This document shows, piece after piece, positions 13,149 to 25,805 of a stretch of DNA of 64,000 nucleotides. Each line of letters starts with the position of its first letter. The first letter of the stretch is position 1. The notes under the pieces were generated by a model. That model was not told the origin of the DNA, searched no databases, and was given only the letters and a program-made list of their open reading frames with translations. A program made the position numbers and the translations under genes. The DNA comes from Felis catus (Eukaryota). Where the stretch lies: positions 27,716,001-27,780,000 of the forward strand of contig NC_058369.1 of assembly GCF_018350175.1 (NCBI RefSeq). The letters run 5' to 3'.

Positions 13149-15434
13149 CTAGAAGTAGGAGAAAAAAAATAGATAAATAACAGAGGTGATAACAGATAGA
13201 TGGTATCTCCTGCTTATTCAGAAATACCTCCTGTTAATAATTTAGATCCAATTTCATTGTGTGTTAATTTATAGTATTCTCATGGGAACCATTCACTTCA
13301 AATGTGTGGGACCAGACAGTTCTCCATTTCCGCCTGAGAGTAAGTGAGAAGTTATGTGTAAAAATGATATAAATTATCCAGGGAGCCAACCCTCTTGCTA
13401 CTTTTCATGCTCTTTGCTCTTGGCTATGGCTTTAATTGCATTAAAGGAAGGATGGAAATGTTTGAGGAGGTAAATTATTGCACCTTTTGATTATCTTTAA
13501 ATCAGAGGTAGTTTAATTAATGTCTGGTTACTATAAGTCTCTACTCAAAAAAAATTGCCGTAAACATAATCCATTAAGTAGGAATATGGGCTGTCTTATA
13601 TGGGAAGACCACCCAAGAGTGGGCTCTCTCTGGCTGTCCTGAACTTGGGGGGAAAAAGTAGGAGCATTCACTGTAGTTGGGCCCTTTTCCCATTCCTGGT
13701 TCCTTCTCTCAGATTTTCAAAACCAACAAAACCATTTGTTTAGCTGAAAATGAGCTGATTTGCCCAGTCATCAGTCACAAGACAAAGCAAAAGCAAGTGC
13801 TCAGTTGGTTTGAGATACTAGAACAGGCAATGTCTGTGACGGAAAATTGTATAATTGAATTAGAACTTTGCAACTTTTAGCAAGTCTTTCTATCTCTGTG
13901 GCCCAGACCAATGGGTAAGAATGTTTGTCCCACTGTGGCCAGAATTGTGTATAAATGGCTTTCAAACTTGAAGTCACAGTCTGTTAGTGGGTCATGAATT
14001 CAGCTTAATGGGTTGTGATCAGCACTAAAACCAAATCAGATAATACAACAAAAACTATTAGAGTACACAGGATGGGTAAATGTTGTTTTGTAAAACTTGG
14101 GTTTCCTTTATCTACGTATGTATCCATGAGGTGCGAGGTTCAATTGACTGTGGAATAAATAAACACCATACTCTGGTTTCAAGTTTGAAAAGTTTTGTAG
14201 ACACTGCATATACAAAAGCACTCCAAGTGCTATGCACAAGTCAGTTCCTTTGTTTATGGAATTCACTTTTGAGTAAATCACATTAGATAACTACTAGCAC
14301 TGGCCATTTTCAGTGAAGGTGAATTTTTTTTCTAGTATTTCCTTTAACACTGACAGTTGCCTTCAGCCACTCTCTGGAAACATGATTTGTAGCGTAAGCT
14401 TGATAAACCCACCCTGAGCTTAATTACTTGCACAAAAGTGACTCAAACACACATACAGACACACACATACACACATACACCATATTTTAGAGGGAAGTTT
14501 ACTCTCAACACAGACATGACAGCAAAAACTTTGTAAAGAAGCATTTAGGAGCATTTTTAGTCAAAGCCTTTCATAACTTGAAAATAGTGGTCTTCTCTAT
14601 CTGTTTCTTTGAAAGTCTATGGCTGGAAGGCAAAGAGGGTAGTTGAAGGATGGTAAATATTCTGTGTAACTAAAGCATTGAGGGCAAGGTCTCACATTAC
14701 AGAACCAGCCAATTCTTTCCAAAGGGTTACTGCAGAGTCATCCAATGTCAAGGCCACTAAGGACTTTAATTATGTATTGATACCCCTAGCTCTTCCCATG
14801 GGGGATCTGAAAGGGCATAGGACATGTTCTATTGATTTGCTCAATTCCCATAGCTGATGACTCACCATAGACTTCCTTCTACACTTGGCTCAGCCTGTGC
14901 CTAAAGATCTCCAGTGACTGGGGTATGTCATCTCTTTCCTGGGAAGCAGGCCACACAGAATACTTGATACAGCATCATACCAATCCATAATCAATCACTG
15001 CAGATTGAGTTAAAGAGAAAAAGGAGCCCTCTGAGGGCAAGGTCCCAACCAACTTGCATCTCTCTACTACACTGACATAGAGGAGGGCTAAGTCCATGCA
15101 CTGCTCAAAATATAATTGCCCTGGAATGAACATGAGCTGTCCAGCCCCAGTTCCAGTAGAAGATCTGAAATGCCTGAATGCCCATTAAATCATTTGTCTG
15201 TTACTCTCATTTGTTTTGTAAACAATGCTGCAGACAGTGCCTCAGCTGATATTCTACAGTCCACCTTGGGACAATGGATACTAGGGTGGTCCTGGATTAC
15301 ATCTTTTTCTGCTATTATTTAAGACATGAACAATGACGGCTGCCTTACCAGTGAGACGTCAGCTTAAAAGAGAGAGCTCAATGCTAGGATTTGAAAAGGA
15401 AGAAAAACAATTTCTGAGCTACTTAGACACTCAC
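13149..15434 (-). other. FHIT: FHIT intron 6 (2286 nt, GT-AG, U2-type)
   Basis: Between the two exons; GTGAGT donor and polypyrimidine tract plus TAG acceptor. Confidence 0.95.
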
Positions 15435-15580
15435 CTGGATGGAAAATGTGAGAGAAGTCCCCTGGAAATGCTTCTCCACCACCATCCCGACTCTCTGGGT
15501 TGCCTGGAACAAATCTGCCACTTCATCTGGACGCAGGTCTCGGAAGCGCTCCACTGGCCGAAGGGGACACACGAGGACAT
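15435..15580 (-). CDS. FHIT: FHIT coding exon (human exon 6 equivalent), 146 nt, phase 1 start and phase 0 end; diadenosine triphosphate hydrolase of the HIT family
   Basis: The reverse complement reads AT GTC CTC GTG TGT CCC CTT CGG ... TCC ATC CAG = (H)[48 protein letters not shown], matching FHIT residues ~35-83 as I recall them. It is flanked by acceptor ...ctgcag| (15581-15582 = AG) and donor |gtgagtgt (15434-15433 = GT). Confidence 0.98.
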
Positions 15581-15602
15581 CTGCAGTGAGTTCTGTTAAG
15601 GC
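15581..15602 (-). promoter_or_regulatory. Putative U12-type branch point and 3' splice site of intron 5
   Basis: Minus strand gtgtgCCTTAACagaactcactgCAG|: 7/8 match to TCCTTAAC, branch A at -16/-17, no polypyrimidine tract. Confidence 0.75.
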
Positions 15603-18129
15603 ACACTTTGCTTGCTTTGGGTAGGATTTTTACCAACAAGTTTATACCCACAGTATTGAATCCCCTTGGCCCAGGGCCTGAACTCTCAAAGACTAAGGAA
15701 TAAAAGAACAAATATTTACCAACCACCAAACTCCAAGAAGTTCAAAAAGGAGCTTACAAACATGGTTAATTATACTTTGAAAGAGAAGCAGTGGTGTGCT
15801 AAAGAAATTCTTTTAAGAAAAAAGGGCATTAATGTTCAGAGAGACTCAAGTGCTGGCTGAAATAATTATGCCAAGAGGCAAAATCTATTCTGGACCATTA
15901 TCTCCTGACCCCAATTCGAAAGCTCCATCTTCTCAAACAGCCAAAGGCACTGGGTTGGAAAAACAAGCAGAATATCCAGTCAGTTTCTCTATGGAGAGTA
16001 TCACAATTAAAATTTTAATTTCAATATCTCTTGAGAGAAATGTGTAATGAAAACACAATAGTAGTTGTTTTATTTATATTTAAAAGGAGAGCAGACATTC
16101 TGAAAATGTACAGTGAACTTCATTTATAATAAGAGATGTGCCATGTGGTTAAGCATTTTATGACAAGTGTTCCTCCAATTGATTATTAAGAATTCTAGAA
16201 GCCAGTTGAAGAACATTTAAGAAAAGGGATTTTTTACTTCCACAAACAAAACCATCTCAGTGCATTCTAGAAGTGAGACAAGTCAACATATTTATGCTAT
16301 TGGCCTGAACAAATAAGAGCTAGAGAAAAAGAATCTAAGTTTGATCATTTGCTGGTGACAAATTAACATTCAATGTTACATCATCAATAACATTTCAGTT
16401 GTCTTTGTATTTGAATTCCTCATACACATGCAGCTACACATGCAATCATGCATGCATACATATATACGCACATTGAAATACATTAAATTTTATTTAGTTT
16501 TCAGGTACCAGCAGATGAAAAAAGTGCTCAGATATTCTTTTTGGTTTCTTTCTTTCTTTTTTTCCTTTTTCTTGTTGTTTTAAAACTGTGTGCTTTGCCT
16601 GAAGCTAGGCACCTATGGGGCATAATAAAATCTCAATTCTACAATTGCTAGTCACACCAGAATTGCAAGCATTTTAGCCTACCACACTGGTAGGATTCAG
16701 AGCCCAAAGGGAAGGAAATGCACTGAACTCAGCTGGATGGGCGTAATTTCCATAAGAGAAGGGCGGGGTGGGGGGGGGAGCTGGTAGGGAAAGGGAAAGC
16801 TGAAAGGGAAACTGATTAATTTTGCTCATAATCAGTAAATTCATGTCAATGGTAAACTAGGAAAAGGAGCAGTGGTTTAATCTGAGTTCGTTTTTCAAGA
16901 GAGGGGAAGGGAAGGCTTCACCCACAGGGCAGCAGATACTTAAAAAGATAATTATCCTTCTTTGGCAAGGCTGCTTTATTATCATGGGTCAATGAACCAT
17001 TTAGAAATGAAGAATTTCCTTTCATTTCCTTTTAGCAGATTGCCATCCTCCACTCCCACTGAGTTGCCTTTTCTTTGTTAAAAGACACCTTTCCCCATCT
17101 TCCTCCTCTCTCCACCTGCTCTTAGGCCCTGACTTCACCAAACCACAGCAAGATGACAACTTAGCAAGCTTCCAACAGTACCCATAATTGCTGTGGTGAG
17201 CTATGTCTAAACACAGCAACCAGGTGGGGAAGGAAGGACATTTTCTTTAAATGACTGCTTACTATAAAACTTGGTGGAATGAATCTTAAATTCTTTGTAT
17301 CTAATGTAACTTTAGTAATATCAACGACATCTGAAAGGTTTTGTTTTGTTTTGTTTCCAACACCCTAAAAATATTTTATTATCTGTTCATTTTCCTTGTC
17401 TGGTACTAAGGATTGGCTTGACCCAATGTTTAATGAATCAAAACATTTATGGAACTGAATCAAAATGACTGAATCTGTCAGCTGTTTTATCCTGTGTACA
17501 CTTAACCACAGGATCATATATCACATACATTTATTACTTTAATTGAATGTTAATAATACTAATAACAACATGTCACGAAACAGTTAGACAGGCTAAACAT
17601 GTTCTCAATTAGATGGATATTTTTTTCAACAGCCCATTTAGGCCACATTGCCCTGACATTTATATTCCTTTCAATCTAACCCTCTATTAAGAAAACATCT
17701 GCATATACCAAACGATCTTCCCGTGTGAATGTTAAGATGAAATAGGATTAACTTTTAAGGGTGCTTACTTGGTTTGGGCAGGTGTTCATGTGGATAATCA
17801 TTGTCTTTGCTCTGTTGGGACCCAGAGGATAGACAGACAGGTATCTCAACCTGTCAGTGGACACATAGGTAGGCTCCACAAGACTTGACAGAGAGACAGA
17901 TGGGTCTGGAGTTACCCAGGGTATGGATCTGGGGGTCCTGGGTACTGTGTGAGTCACCGAGCTAACCAACAGCAGATTCACTAGTCTCCCCTGGCCATTC
18001 TAGGTACTAAATGGCATCAGGAAGTCAGGACCAACCACCATCCCTCAGTTCCTTTGAAACAAGAGAAAAGATGTCCTCACCTCATATAGGTAGTAGGTAC
18101 CGACTGCTACCTACCTACTTCCAGAAGCT

Positions 18130-18555
18130 CCTTTTCCACTCCTCCCATACACACTATACATCTATCACATTTGCCTTCTTTCTGTTCATCTAACACACTG
18201 AACTCATTCCCAGATTTTGAGGCTTTTGTCCTAGCTGTTTGTTCTCCCTAGAATTCAATCCCATGTTCTTCACATGGCTGCTTCTTTCTTACCTTCTGAT
18301 TCTATTCCAATACTGCTCCCTCAAAGGTGCATTCCAGAACCATCAGTTTAAACTGCTACCCAGTTTCATCCTCTTCTATCACCCTCTTTTCACCTTGCCG
18401 TAGCCCTTGCCACCAGCTGGTAGTTTTCTTGGCTGGCTACTACCTTCCTGAATGAGAAGGTAATCTCCACAAAAGCAGAGGCTGTCTTGTTTAATGTTGT
18501 CTCATCCCTGCCTAGAACACCAGACTTAGTAAGTACTGCTGCAATGAGTGAATAC
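18130..18555 (+). mobile_element. L2 3' fragment
   Basis: ttcacatggctgcttctttctta...gcctagaaca...gcaatgagtgaat. Confidence 0.65.
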
Positions 18556-18934
18556 ATTATGATCCAGACCCTCTGATCAGCTACCTCTGAGTACTAAGAC
18601 CCTGGCAAAATGGAGACAACATCCATTCATTTTCAACCATCTCTGCAAGATTGGGATAGTCCGCAAGATTTTTTTTTTAATTCAAGGAAGTTTATTATTA
18701 ATATTTAGCATAATTAGAGCTAATGTTGGGTGTGCGTTGGAAAAATGTAAACTCATTTCTAATGTAAGTTAATTTTCACAAGTGCACAGGAAATATAATG
18801 ATTTCCTTATATAATGACGAGGGGAAATTAAGAAAACCTTTTAATATAATTATAAAAAACTATAAAGAAGGGGTTTCTAGATTATTCAGACTCTATACCG
18901 ATAAAAAGCTGCTTTCTATTTGGACTAGAAAGTG

Positions 18935-19150
18935 TAATTCATTTGTTCATTCAGTGAACAGTGAGCACCAGTTAAGTGGTTGGACACTGTACTAGGCTCT
19001 GGGATGAGCAAAAGACAACAGGAAGTTTCTCTAGTTCTTCCTGTCCAGGAGATGGGCACCAAAACAGATAACTGCAGTACTATGGGAGATACAGATGTAG
19101 GATAAGAGGATGCAGAAGCAGAGCAAAGCACCCAATGCAGCAGAACCTGG
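18935..19150 (-). mobile_element. L2 3' fragment
   Basis: ttcatttgttcattca...gacactgtactaggctctgggat. Confidence 0.65.
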
Positions 19151-19254
19151 GACACCTTAATCAGGCAAAGGTTCCACATAACCTTGGGGGTCTCCAAGTA
19201 TGGTCAAATATCCCGTGGCTAGCTGAGAATACAAGCAGGTTCATAAAGGATTTA

Positions 19255-19445
19255 AAGCAGGCCAGTAAACCTTTTCTGCAAAGGGCCAGATGGAAAAATT
19301 GTAAGCTTGGTGGGCTATATGTCTAAGCAGCTATAGACAATACAAACAATGGTAAGTGTGGCTATATTCCAGTAAACCTTTATTTACAAAAAGAAGAGAC
19401 AACCCAGACTTGGTCCATGGACTTAATAATGTCAACCCTTGGCTT
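19255..19445 (-). mobile_element. MER58A-like hAT-Charlie MITE
   Basis: aaaccttttctgcaaagggccagat...tggctatattccagtaaacctttatttacaaaaa. Confidence 0.8.
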
Positions 19446-21469
19446 AGAGGAATCACATGAGAAAAAGGTAACTAAAGGAAGTTAGAACTATCTGCGGGCC
19501 CATTCTTTTCCAAAGTTGAAGACTATAGTGTTATTTAAATAGTATATTAGACAAATATCATTATGGTATCTTAAAAATTTTCACTTTCTAAGCAAAATAC
19601 CTGGGCATAATTGAGATATTTCCTCACCCTGTGTGTAGCACTTCTGATGCTTTTAAAGACCAACCACAACGAGAAACTGTGTTGCAGTGATAACATCATA
19701 TAGATAAATCACAAGTATTACTCCCCAGTCCAACTAAAGGAGTTTCTGCCATCTTTCATTGGAAAAACGAAGTATATGATCTACAAACATATGAGAGTAC
19801 AGAAACAGTATGTTATTCACAAATTCATCAGACAATAAAAGTACTTTCTCAAAATAAGTGCATACGCTTTGGAAGAAAACACCACATTGCTTAAAGATGG
19901 TGTTATCATGTGCTACATGCTTCTCATAGACAAACAGCTCAGGGAAAGCAAATTAACTTTGAAGAACCGCTCTTATAACTCTACTGCAACTGTTTATATG
20001 CCAGTAGTTTTAAGGTAATACCACAAATGCAGTATAATTTAGAGATTCTTAGGCATTGTTAATGGGCAAACCCCATATTATATATAGGCAATAAGAATAC
20101 ACTTTCTTTTGAGTCCTCTTTGCTTGGGATTAGTGCCTCTGAAGAGACTTTTTAGCCAACATGCATGATAACCCTCAAAGAAGTTAATCTGCGTAATTGA
20201 ATTTAATATATGTTTATCCAGGATTCATCGTGGGTGAAAACCTATGAAAGAGAGTTATCAAATGGAATCTGGTCTCTCTTTTATAATCCAAAATAGAGAA
20301 GTCCATTTAGTAGTAACATTTTCTTTTAAAGAATAGACGGTAATAATTACAGTTTAGTTTCTGTGGTACACAAAGAGATTCCTCATAACAGAGGGAAATC
20401 AAAGAAGACTTCCTAGTGCACATGAGATTTAAAGTCAGTTTTACAAATGGGGGAGTAATTCAACCAGTGGGCCAGAGTGCAGCCCATGTGTCCATCCATC
20501 CTTCCACTAGAGCCTCCTCTCAGTCCAGAGTCTGTGCTAGCATTTAGGGCACCAAGATGAGTACAATAGAGTAAATGACTTCGAAGCATTCACACTAACG
20601 TCCCAAACTGTCATGCAATATAAACAGATCATCACAACACAGAGAGATGAGGACTATTGATAGAAATCAGTACAGAATGTTGTGGGAGCACAGAGGAGGC
20701 AGAATCTAACTGTGCCTAGGGGTGTGAGATAAACTTTTCAGTATGGTCTTGCATTTCAATTTTCTAAAATCAGAAACTATTTCTCCAAATTTGGATCAAG
20801 ATCTGTCCTTGAAAATGGCCTAGCAACTTATGGTTAGCTTTAAAGAAAATTGTCAGACATGCCTTCTTTGGCCACAATCACTGTTTCATTGATAAATGTA
20901 CTCTCCTTTACTTAATCTTTCCAACAAATCCATAAACTAGTATTATAATTCCTATTTTTCATATGAGGAAATTACAGCTTATAGAAAATAAAAAACTTGC
21001 ACAAGACAGCATACCCAATATGAAACTAAAACTAGAATTCTCCTGAAGCTTGATTCCAAAATCCATGTTATTAACCATAGCGCTGTGATGCTAAAATGTT
21101 TTGTACTTTTATGACTTCGTCTCTGCTTACCCGCCCATTAAAGTATGTCCTGCATCTCAGAGTCTCTCTGCTTGTGGAAGAGACATAGGTGCGATGAAAC
21201 ACAAAGACACTGTGCAAAACTACTAACAGCCTGACAAACACTTAGCTTCAAATGAAGAAAGCAGAGGAGATCAGGAATCCCATCATGGGAGGAAACCTCA
21301 GGAAAAGGGAAGTAGTAAGTATGCCCTCATCCTAACAGAGAACTGTGAGTACTGACATCAAGAATGAAAGAACCACTTCACCTTGTACAGGGGGTTCAAC
21401 TGGAAGAAGAATGGAAGGATGTGGAGCCTGCATTTGGCTCCTTCTGCTCTATCATTCATTCATTCATTC

Positions 21470-21582
21470 ATTCTAATTGAAGTACAGTTGATGCACATTA
21501 TATTAGTTTCAGATGTACAACATAGTGATTCCACAAGTTTATACTTATGATATGTTCACCACAAATGTAGCTACTATCTGGC
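21470..21582 (-). mobile_element. L1 extreme 3' end fragment (L1_Carn/L1MA9-like)
   Basis: aattgaagtacagttg...tatattagtttcagatgtacaacatagtgatt. Confidence 0.75.
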
Positions 21583-22039
21583 CCTTTTATATTTTTGAGA
21601 TAGGCTTGCTTCAAGGCACCTTTGGCTCCCCTGAGTTGACAGATTCTGGAGGAAGCTTAGCTACAACTATCAATATCAATGGGTCAGGCTGACAGACACA
21701 TTGAAAAATCCCATGGCCTGTTGGACAGTCTAGCAATCCAGAGTCAATGACTCACCATTATTTATATGACCAAGGACCACCAGCAAGTTGGTAGCTTAAT
21801 GCATTTTCTTTCCCTCTTCAGCTTACCACCAGTCTGTAAGTGACTGTCTCTATCCTTTGGATGTAAACATTCGGGGTGTTTTTGTCACACTGAAGTGATA
21901 ACACAACATGCCAGACCCTGTGCTGGACTCTTAGTGACACACAGCTAACCCAGAATACATACAATGAAAAAAAGAAATCAAATGGACTTTTTGCAGTAGT
22001 CAAGCACTTAAGTTGATGTGGGAGAATGTATACAAATGT

Positions 22040-23010
22040 TACCACAAAAGTCCCTCCCATCCCACCACCCCCTTGCAAAGTGACTTTGCTTCTCTTCCAA
22101 TCAAAAATTGGTGTCTGTTTCCTCTCCCCTCAAATTGCGGCTGGACTTGTGACTTGCGTTGATCAGTTAAATGTGATAGAAGTTTCACTGTGTGACTTTC
22201 CAGGGTCAGGCCTTAACAGACATTACAACTTCTGTTTTTTGTCCTCTTTGAATGCTGAGACCAAGATGCCATGAAAAGCCCAGCTAGCCTACTGGGGAGC
22301 AAAAACCACATGGAGGAGAACTAAGGTACCTTATGATACTCCGCACCAACTGTTAGAACCTTCCAGACACAGGAGACCTACTGACTGACTTCCAACTTCC
22401 AGCTATCTACTGCTGTATTATGACAACAAACACAAACACAGTGGCTTAAAATAACACCATTTTGTTTTCTTATCCTAATTCTGTGGGTGGTTGTTGCTGC
22501 TGGGCTCATTCATGCAACTGCTTTCAGTTGGGAGGTAGGCTTGGGGATGGGCTCAGCTGGGTCCGCTGGGCCCCTCGCCCCTCACTCCATGTGTTCTTTC
22601 ATCCCAGCCCCAACGCAGAAACTCTAAGGCTTCTGAAGGCTTAAGTTCTCCCACATACTATTTGTCAAATGAAATCACAGGCCAGCCCCAATTCAAGGTA
22701 GAGAAATAAATTCCATCTCCTTTTTAAAAAAAATGTTTATTTATTTTGAGGGGAGGAGGGAAAGAGAGAGGAGGAGAGAGACAATCCCAAGCAGGCTCCA
22801 CCTGTCAGTGTAGAGCCCCACAGTCTCCATCTCATGAAACATGAGATCATGACTTGGGCCAATATCAAAAGTTGGCTGCTTATCCAACAGAATCCCCCAG
22901 GCACCCCAATAAATTCCATTTCCTGACCTGAGGAGTAGAGAGGCCACACTTCCAAGGGCAGTGGCAGTCTTATGGCAGTGGTGGTCATCACTATAATAAT
23001 CCACCACAGT
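22040..23010. mobile_element. Two MLT1-type LTR fragments in opposite orientation (~22040-22395 +, ~22395-23010 -)
   Basis: cccttgcaaagtgactttgc...ggacttgtgacttgc; then tatctactgctgtattatgacaac...agtggcttaaaataac...aatcacaggccagccc. Confidence 0.65.
22721..22907 (-). mobile_element. CAN-SINE nested in an MLT1 LTR
   Basis: Ends ...caggcacccc; TSD aataaattccat(c/t)tcc on both sides. Confidence 0.9.
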
Positions 23011-23375
23011 CGGTAACTGTGATAAGTTCTGGGAATTTTATAAAAATGAACAGGTCCCCAAGATATCTTAATGTCCTATGGAGTACATACAGCCATGGTA
23101 TTTGGGAGCTGGGATGGGTCTTAAACATTATCCTCCAATTGTTACTTCATCAATATTTTCCTTGTTGGATGGAAAAATAAATGGGGGAACAGAGTTCAGT
23201 TGATTTGCTCAGTATCACACAGGCACACATTTGGAACTGAAACTCAACAATTTGGCTTCCCAAACCACAGCTCTTTCCATTACACATGAGATGGCAAAAC
23301 ACTGCACCTCTGCCATTATGTTCCAGTGCTAAATACACAGCAGACATCAATATTCTCTCCTTGAACAGAGACTCA

Positions 23376-23632
23376 GGGACACCTGGGTGGCTCAGTCAGT
23401 TAAACGACTGACTTCAGCTCAGATCATGATCTCACAGTTTGTGAGCTCAAGCCCCATATTGGGCTCTGTGCTGGCAGCTTAGAGCCTGGAGCCTCCTTCA
23501 GATTCTGTGTCTCCCTCTCTGTCTACCCTTCCTGCACTCCTGCTCATGCTCTGTCTGCCTCTTTCAAAAATAAATAAACATTACCAAAAATTAAAAAACG
23601 AAACAAGACAAAACAAACAAACAAAACAACAA
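23376..23632 (+). mobile_element. CAN-SINE
   Basis: gggacacctgggtggctcagtcagttaa head; (AAAC)-type tail; TSD agagactca. Confidence 0.93.
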
Positions 23633-25494
23633 AGAGACTCAGATTCCTTCTCAATCCTGATCTCTGAGTAGTCATCACCAGTCAGATTGGGCACGTAATA
23701 AGAGATGCAGGTGTCATTTTGTGGCCCTCTATTCTGCCTCAGGAAACAAACAAACAAAAAAAACTGCAAAGGCCATGTGGGGACAAAAACAAAGTGAAAT
23801 GCTGCAAAAGTGAGAATTTGCCCAAGCACATCAAATGTTCATTATGTTGCTACATTTTTATTCAAAATAAATTTGATAAGTTTAAAATTTGCTCATCATG
23901 GATAATAATTGATGATCTAAAAAATAATTTTATGTACATTTCCAGGACAAATATGAAATATTTAAATATAGAGTCATGACAGAGAAATGGAAATGTACTG
24001 ATTCAGGTGATTAATTAAAGGAGACAGCAGAATATTATTCTCAGAGTTGTTCAGACTTGCTCCCATTTATTTTTCTATATCTGATCTATTCTAGGGATTC
24101 AGAATATAAAAATCACTAAAATAAATCAAACCATCAAAATATCATTGATTCTGATGAGGGTGATTAGCATGCACAGATATGAATATGGAGGAAGTCAGCA
24201 TCAAATAATATGACAAAGAATTAGTCATTCTTCTGAACTAATAAAAAAGTAGAGTGTATTCATCTCTCCTGCAGATTAGTTTGTAGTTCAATGACAAGCA
24301 AGGAACTTTCCAGTTTGCACTAAAGACTTCTGAAGACCCTGTGTAATGAGTTACCTGCTCCAACAAATAATCCTAGCCCTTGCAAATGTTTAAAATAATT
24401 CATAATGTCACTTCAAAAAACAATAGGATGGACCATGAGGTATTTTTTTTTTAAGAGAAGATTCAATTTATTTGATTTAAATGACACAGTTGCGGAGCTT
24501 TGAATCAAAGTAGGTGGCAATTCAAAAAGTAATCTACTATTCACAATGTAAGCACTTTTGTAAATTTTCTTATCAGAAAGGTAGAAATTTTACCCCCAAA
24601 TTAAGCAATACAATTCTGAAGAGGCAATTTGCCAGTATGGGCCACATCTTTGTTCACTGGATTAAAATACCCACTGTAGGAACTCAATGGAAACAGGGGA
24701 TATTCATCAACCATAAGTATAAATGTTGTGAACCTAATTTTAAGCAAATTTGATTTCCAGAATATGATAAATTCCAGCATGGTGTGATTAAGTTACTGAT
24801 AGTACTCTGCTCATACCTGGATCTCAGGGCAAGCATCTCTTAAGTATCCATAAGAATTCTCATGGTTTGTCCTGGGGAATGCTTTGGGTCAAACATATAG
24901 TCACAGTAAGTCCTTGCTCATCTGGGGGAAGAGAAGCCAAGTATCCTTTACTAGGCAGATCTGCCCTGAGCCATCTCCCAAACTCCTATACCCATCTGGA
25001 TGCTCAGAGGTGAGAATCACATTTAGAGGGAGAAGTAAACATGTGCCTTCAAAGAAAACAAAATGAAAAAGGGTGCCTGCAGCCTGGCAGCACTTTGGGG
25101 CAGATTCTTTGGTTTAAATGTCACACAGTATTCTGTGAATTTTTCAAGGCAAACGAATCTTATATTGATTATCCTAACAGAATCAGAATGGGGAACACTG
25201 ATGCTTACAATAAGTCAGATATGTGGGGAACAGTAAGTAATATCAGAAGGGGAAGGAAAGAATGTATAACATTTGTTTGCTGCCTACTATGTTCTAGTGA
25301 TCATCACTGACCCTTTGAGGTAGATAGTATCACCTCCATTTTTCCACATTTATCAGTTCAGGCCAACAAAGTGAAATTACATACCCAAGGTCACACAATT
25401 ATTAAGTGAAAATGTTGGCTAAGGCCATGTGGTGAAATCATCTCTGCTGTTTCAATGACTCCAAGGTCATGGAAGTTTCCATGTACCTACTGCA

Positions 25495-25805
25495 GTGTTT
25501 ACTATAGTGGTTCACCAGAACACTGGTTCCATGAGATGTTATTACACATTATATAGGAAGAAAAATGGGTGGTCTGCGACGATTAAGAAGCACTAGATGA
25601 AATGAAGTAAAAGGTTTCTTTACAGCAGTACTCATCAGGATATTTAAAGTTCTAATGTGCACTGACTTCTCAAAAATCAGAGATGCCACGCAGCATTTCT
25701 CATGTTTGCTTACCAATCACATCATCATCATCATCATCATCACCTTGCAGAACATTGCATAGGACAAATGTCTTAGGGGATGTTCTCTGGGAATCTTTGG
25801 GAATA
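25495..25805. mobile_element. Charlie4-like hAT fragment
   Basis: gaacactggttccatgagatg...aggtttctttacagcag...ctaatgtgcactg...gcagcatttc. Confidence 0.55.

Noticed and set aside
15333..15599. 88-aa plus-strand ORF (MTAALPVRR...)
   Set aside because: Antisense shadow of FHIT exon 6; no independent coding evidence.
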